From NCBI GenBank assembly GCA_965644295.1, contig CBFFRP010000255.1, forward strand, positions 202,281 through 266,280: DNA of 64,000 nt, read 5' to 3'. This stretch comes from Paraphysomonas bandaiensis (lineage: Eukaryota > Protista > Chrysophyceae). A model generated the notes under the pieces. The model searched no databases. It saw only the letters and a list, made by a program, of their open reading frames with translations, and had not been told where the DNA came from. The first letter of the stretch is position 1, and each line of letters opens with the position of its first letter. The translations under genes were made by a program, and so were the position numbers. Shown here piece by piece: positions 57,648 to 64,000 of this stretch.

Positions 57648-60600
57648 TTAACCTCTTCGGGGTCGCTTCTTCTGCTGCTCCTCAACTCTGGTTGACACAC
57701 TTCTCTTAACCCCGGTAATAGTTTTCTCATGACGACTGAAAAGTTTCGTTGACAATGCCTTCGTGAAAATATCAGCCGCCATATCATCCGTCGACACATG
57801 AATCAACTTTGCCGTAGGAAATTTTCCATTTACATGCTCTCTCACCCAGTGATACTTGATGTCTATATGCTTCGACCTCTTATGATACACAGGATTCTCG
57901 GAGAGATCTTTCGCACTCTTGCTATCCATAAAGAATGGAGTCGGCTTCGCAACTAAGAGCCCGAGCTCCTTGAACACCCCCCGAAGCCACACCAGTTCTT
58001 GCATAGCCGCATACTCCGCCATATATTCAGATTCCATGCTCGAAGTTGCAACTGTGGTCTGTAGTTTAGACTGCCAGGCCAATGCGCCTGCACATAAGAA
58101 CACAATGTATCCTGTTGTCGATCGCCGAGTCAGTCTATCACCAGCCCAATCTGAATCACTGAACACATGTAAGTCGAACTCACTCCCACTGAATCTGATG
58201 CCCTCATCAATTGTTCCACGCAAATATTTCAATAAGTGAATCGCCAGTTTGCACGATGCATATGTCGGACAACTACTAAATCGAGACAATAACCCCACTG
58301 CATAAGCCAGATCAGGTCTAGTATGCATTGCTAGATACAACACTGCTCCAATAATTTGCCGATACGGAAATGAGTCAACCCACTGCTTCTGCTCCTCCGT
58401 AAGTTCACGTTCCTCTGCCAACAGATCCTGAACATTAGTAGGTAGTGGGGCCTCCTTATTCTTACTACTCTTTCCCATAACTGAGCTGAATTTCTTGATA
58501 ATATTCTTAGCATACTCAGATTGATCTAACATATACCAATTTTCTCCTCTGGTTATCCTGATGTTCAGAAATCGCTTACACACTCCCAGATCATGCATCT
58601 CGAATGTTTCACAGAACCTACGCTTTACGCTTTCCAAGTAAGTCAGATCAGCGGATGCAATTATGATATCATCAACATATATCAATAATAAATGCAGTTT
58701 TCCGTTACTCCATCGCATATACAAACACGTATCCAAAATACACGGAGTAAAATGCAATGATTTAATAAACTTGTCAATATGTTTATTCCACTGTCGCGGT
58801 GAAGATCGCAGTCCATACAATGCCTTGATTAGTTGAAAACACCATCCAGCTAGTAATTCCTCATCTGGTGGAGGTGCCATATACACGTCATCCTCCAGAT
58901 CTGCATAGCAAAATGCGGATGATACATCTAATTGATGCACATGCATCTGTAACATAAACGCAATCGCTAACACTAGTCTAATGGTTATACCCTTAACCAC
59001 TGGAGCGAAAGTGGACGGCTCCTCCTCCTTCTTCTCTTGGAGATTTCCTAATGCCACTAGCCGAGCCTTGTACTTTACTATATTCCCTAGTATGTCTCGC
59101 TTCACCGTATGCACATATTTCGCTCTAACTAATTTCACTCCGCTTGGAATTTTCACGATCTTCAAGACACGTCTTTTCAGCAATGATGTCTTCTCCACCA
59201 TTCGAGCTTTTCTCCATTGTTGATACTGTGGAGATCTCTCTGCCTCGGCATATGAATTTGGTATCTTGATATCTTCTGTCTCTGCATGGTTAAGATCAAT
59301 ATTATGCGCATCCGGTACTTCAACCATATTAATCTCTCCTAAAACTGACGCGTTTGCCAGTCTCCGCTGCAGCCGTTTGCGTCGGACCCGACCATCACCA
59401 TCTAGTTCAATCGGTCGACGAGGTATATAAGAACCCGTACCTTGCTCATCCTGAGCACGCACATCGTGCGTTGTGGGAGGAGCCCCGCTCACAACCCCAG
59501 ACTCATAGTCTTCAGAGGTCTGCAACCTCACAGCTGTCTCCTGACAGGTTGGGTCAGGACTCTCCTGTAACCCTCCAGGTCTTCCCTGGTCCAGCACCCT
59601 GGCTGGCATAGTACTCAGGGCGTCCCCCTTTCCTATATATCCGGTATTCCCGGGAGTTTCTGCAGTCATTCGCACTACGTCCTCGACGTGAATCGGCACC
59701 CGGTGCTCGATATGCTTCCGACCTGCAGTTACCAGAGATCGATAGGCTACTATTACCCCCTTTCGTTCTACTACTCTCGTGGTCTTGTAGAGAAGACCAT
59801 CCTCATCATCAATATGATATGTACCTTCTAAGCCCGCATAGTCAGACACAATTTTCGGTCTCTCGGCCTCCTTCACTCGAAGAGCATCTATCTCAGCGAA
59901 ATAGCTCTCCGAGCGTGACGGTATGGACTCATCAGTTAATACATGTACCGACGTGACGACCCTATCAGTCGCAGGTAGATATACATCATATCCTACCTTT
60001 TCATCTGAATATCCTATCAGATATCCGATAAGGGCCTTGTCGTCCCAGTCTTTCCGTCGATCCGCCTTTGTAGTGAGGACATACGCACGACACCCCCATA
60101 CTCTGAGATATTTCAGGTTGGGAGCCTCACCAGTCAAAAATTCAAGAGGGGACATATACCCCTTCGCTGTCTTTGTAGGCAATCGAATTAATATGTACCT
60201 GGCTGCCATGTAGGCATCTAGCCAAAACTGTGAAGGCAATCCTGACTGAATCAGCATCGCTAATGTCATCTCACCACAGGTCCTGAATTTCCGCTCCTCA
60301 ATCGCGTTCATCTCAGGAGAGTCCGTAGAGCTCCACGTATGTTGATAGCAACCCTGTGACCTAAGATATTGTCGCAGCTCATCACATATTAGCTCCCCTG
60401 CTCCATCTGCATGGTAATGATGCATTTCTAATTTGTACCTTTTCACATCTCCTTCAAAAATCTTCTTGAAAACCTGCAGTACCGATGACCCAGTCCTATG
60501 AACAAGCCCTTCCGACCAGAACATCCGACTGGCATGGTGTGTTAGTTTGAGCACATATATTTCCCCTCCTCGAGCTGGACAATTTAAGTATACTGCTATA

Positions 60601-62361
60601 TCGGCCGAGAAATTTGGACGAACGGAGTCCTCATCCTTTGTCCGAAAACTTACTCTGGTGATCTTCGCCCTGGCGCATACATCACATAGACACTGTTCTT
60701 TGGAAACACGTTTCGAGAGATGTTTTCGTTTCAGTCCAGTCCCAATAATTAGCATTCTTTTGTGGGCTTCTACCAACGCATGCTTGTTAAAATGACCCGC
60801 TCTCCTATGTAACAGCTCCAGTTCATCCTCACCCGTACGGTCACTGAGATTTACTTCTGAATCACTGGATGTCGATACGTCTGGAAGCTCCAATAACTGC
60901 TGTGTTGGCACAGCAGTCATTCCATTCTTCATAGGTCCCTCCAACACCAGCTCATCCGTATTTCTGTCATATATCTGTATACCATACCATACAGTAAATC
61001 GATATCCCATATCGTTCAACTTCCGTCCAGAACAAAGACACCGATTTATCTGACTTGATACCTCAATGTTCTTCCATGCTCCACGGGAACCTACACTCGT
61101 GACGCATATCTCTGACCCTTTTTTCGAACCATTAATAACCTTTGATGTGTGCATATGACTATCAAGTATATTCACATCATTTATCAAAAACATTGATGAC
61201 GAACAACAGGTATCAATGTATGTATAGTGAATATCCTCATGCACACTACTGCATATATTCGTCTCATACACATTACATGACAAGTGATACTCTTCCTGTT
61301 GCTCGATCATATTTGCTTCGTCTTCGTCAGACAAATCCGCTGGCTCTCCACGCCTGATGTTTTCAACTGTAAGTAGTCTTTTGTCTGGTTTCCTTCCATC
61401 TTGAAACCTCACAGCCTTGCTCTTGCTTTGCGAGTACTTCTTTTGGCATGCTGGACAATCGATGGCAAGATGTTCCTTTGACTTACAATTTCTGCACCCA
61501 GTATATTCGGCACTTCCAGGTCGCTGCCCTGTAATCTCTGTATCCTTCTTCATCGGCTTCTTCTTACCGTTGTTCTTCTTACGATGATCCCTCTCTCTGC
61601 GATATCGTTTCTTACTGTCTATCAGGTTCAGCTCCTCCACTCTTTTACGCTTCTTCTCCAACGCTTCCTTCCCAGCCATAGTATCATCATAGCCTTCTAT
61701 CTTACGTGATACAGTTACATAATTAACATCATCATCCATCAAGTATAATCCAACTCTCAGTTGAGCATACTCTTCATTGAGCAAGCCTTCTCGTAGTCGA
61801 CTTGTTTTTTGATACATCCGAGATATCCTGCTGCTGCTCCTGTAGTTCCTTCAGCAGTAGTTCGAACCGTAGTACGTAGTCCTTCGCCGTCTCCTCCGGA
61901 CGCATACGGAAAGAACCATATTGAGTTAAGAGGTCACTGATCCTATTTTGCTTCCCTCCAGCAAAACACTTCTTCAACTCATCAATCATTACATGTGTTT
62001 TGAACCTGTTTACACCACTCCCTTCTGCCTTGAACGCTTTGTGGGTAAGATGGAATTTACGCAGCGCTTTCGGGGAATGCTGCACCGCATCCCTGCAGTA
62101 AGAATAAGCTATGGCGTTCGCCTTCCAATACCTCTTCACAGCCTGTCTGTACGCCTTCTCCTCCATCAACGTAAGTGGCTGCTCCCCGAAGTCGCTCTCC
62201 TTAGGTGGCAGTTCCACCGCTACCTCGCTTTGTTCCTTCCTCATAAGGAATGTCTCGAAGTCCTCAATCCATTGTTCAACGTTAGTCTCGTTGAACTGAG
62301 GAACTACTCCTCTATCCTCCTTCTCTCCTCCTCGCTCGCTACCATGTTGGGAAATGCTCAT
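57648..62361 (-). CDS. Copia gag-pol polyprotein with one +1 frame break in gag near 61805-61810
   Basis: Zn knuckle CRNCKSKEHLAIDC; HHCC LHRRAGH..CDVC; DDE core FSAD/HADGAGE/EERK; RT LDVSSAF and YVDD; RNase H FSDSDWAGD. Confidence 0.93.
62333..62344 (-). promoter_or_regulatory. Primer binding site, probably for initiator tRNA-Met
   Basis: TGGTAGCGAGCG abuts the 5-prime LTR; TGGTA is complementary to U72-A73-CCA of eukaryotic initiator tRNA. Confidence 0.8.
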
Positions 62362-62637
62362 TTTACTTAGATCAAAGAGAGATTAAGTTGTTAGACTAGA
62401 TAGATTTATTAATATCGTTTACACAAATTGTGTTAAACAACACAAGCTCGTTTTGTGCCATGCATAAATCACTACTTCTGTAGACCTTTCGCTACTAAAC
62501 ATATCTTGAAAGAGCAAACTATTTCAGTTTTCTCAATATCATAACAGCATCTACACATCACCATACTTCACTGTATTCTCGTACATTGTCTTCAAGTACC
62601 ACATTGAATATACTAGGATACAGTCCATATTCTAATA
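62345..62637 (-). repeat. 5-prime LTR
   Basis: Matches 57181-57473. Confidence 0.97.
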
Positions 62638-63262
62638 GATGATACTCAGAGGATGAGTATAAGGAAACTTTAATTAGTTAAGAGTAGTGGGTTTGATTAT
62701 CAAGTGACCTTATAATGACAAGTACTAAAAATGGAAACTACGGATATTTTTACTTACTGGTCATACTAATATATGGCAATATATTGCAATAGTATTACAA
62801 TTGTATGGCAATATATTATTCCCTGTCCTCTGGAATGTTGATATTTGCCCTGTGTTAAATAAGTGCGTTCTGGTTAACCCAATTTAAGTCAAAATGGGGA
62901 TAAGTAATTATTTCTTTTTCATTGAAAATAGTCACTTCTAAATGTCTTAGTACTTAGTTTAGTAAACTATTAATTGTAATTATTTGCAATTCAGTATATT
63001 GCTTCCTATTTCCCTAGCCCTGACACTCATGAATAAAACTGAGTACAATAGTATTTTCTTCAACTGGAATGATTGAATATAGCTGAAGTTTGAGCGGATA
63101 TATTGTAGATGAATCATATGTAGAGCGCATGTAAGCTGAAATTTACAGAAATTGGTTCCTAGTGATAATTATGGTGCACGTTTGAGGCAGCTACAGTACA
63201 CGGAGTGTATAACCAACCAATCACGGAATAAACATTACATTTTTACTTAGAATTCACTCTGT

Positions 63263-63927
63263 TTATTTTCTCATTTGGGCTTTCGTCATGGCAAAAAGAC
63301 TGATTCGCTTCATTCGGAAACGTAAATTCTTAACGGGCCGCCTCTCTTGCATATCCTAGTGACATCGAACGCATGAATATGAAAACTATTCTAGTAATAC
63401 AGATTGATAACGATACCTGATAATATTTAGCCTCTTTATCTGGCATTCCTTCCATCGCCTTAGTAATAGCATGTGCTCTGAAAGAGGCCAATTGTAAACA
63501 AGATGTATTCGGAAAATATCCACTAACCTTTCCGGGCGATTTCTATCACGAATGTGACCTCGGTGAGGCCTATACGACACAACTTTGGGAGGAGCGTCCC
63601 AAGCAGGATCCCATCCACCTAAATTTTATTGTTAATGTAATGTTACTGATAACGAGTAGTCTCTCTAGGGTACCTTTAACGGGGTCGAAACTCCCAAACG
63701 TCCCAGCAATCAACGCTCTTTTTCTTAATCCAGCTGCAGCGCGACGTGAAACTTTCGGCGCAATATATCTACATCGAACATATAAATCACACGAGTATTT
63801 ATCATACACGGTCGATAGGTGACTCCACTAACACTCACTTTCCATTAACGACTTCTCTTTTAAATGCATCACCACCAAATTTGGCGATCATTCGGATAGC
63901 ACGAGGCACTTTGCTGAGACTACTCAT
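63263..63927 (-). CDS. mL59: Mitochondrial ribosomal protein mL59 (yeast MrpL25-like); 5 exons
   Basis: Introns 63769-63838, 63619-63673, 63478-63527 and 63356-63416 give ..NGKYIAPKVSRRAAAGLRK..GGWDPAWD..RGHIRDRNRPERAHAITKAMEGMP.. Confidence 0.78.
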
Positions 63928-64000
63928 TATTATTATCAGTGTAATCCGCTATGATGTAGCTCTGCTATGGCGGGTCGATGTAGTGATACTGTGATCGTGT

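Larger units (their letters stand above)
57181..62637 (-). mobile_element. Full-length Ty1/copia LTR retrotransposon
   Basis: Two 293-bp LTRs that read identical, 5-bp TSD GATGA (57176-57180, 62638-62642), PBS, PPT, and gag-PR-IN-RT-RH order. Confidence 0.98.

Overview
Gene-dense eukaryotic DNA with short (about 45-70 nt) GT-AG introns, probably a stramenopile (chrysophyte-like; inferred from the VDAC sequence, ciliary-type genes and intron sizes). About 22 host genes are present, and 18 of them form nine head-to-head pairs. They include an EF-hand sensor, a PAN-domain protein, a SHOC1-like meiotic protein, a LIM protein, an ABCC transporter, an SR protein, and LRRC45-like, CHERP-like, TMEM68-like, AFG2/SPATA5, Kelch, ZIP-like, VDAC, PX-GOLD, PH-TBC, COG4 and mL59 genes. 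Repeats comprise a young full-length Ty1/copia element (identical 293-bp LTRs, GATGA target-site duplication (TSD), TA..CA ends), a family of hAT-type MITEs, and an ~860-bp (TATG)n array. The most interesting signal is a ~500-bp non-coding retroposon in three copies (4404-4877, 35282-35501, 41730-42236). Each copy has its own 11-15 bp TSD and all begin at the same position. The first ~95 nt fold by eye into an HDV-like ribozyme topology resembling the 77-nt signature of trypanosomatid ingi/L1Tc/SIDER elements. All homology calls come from motif recognition, not database searches.
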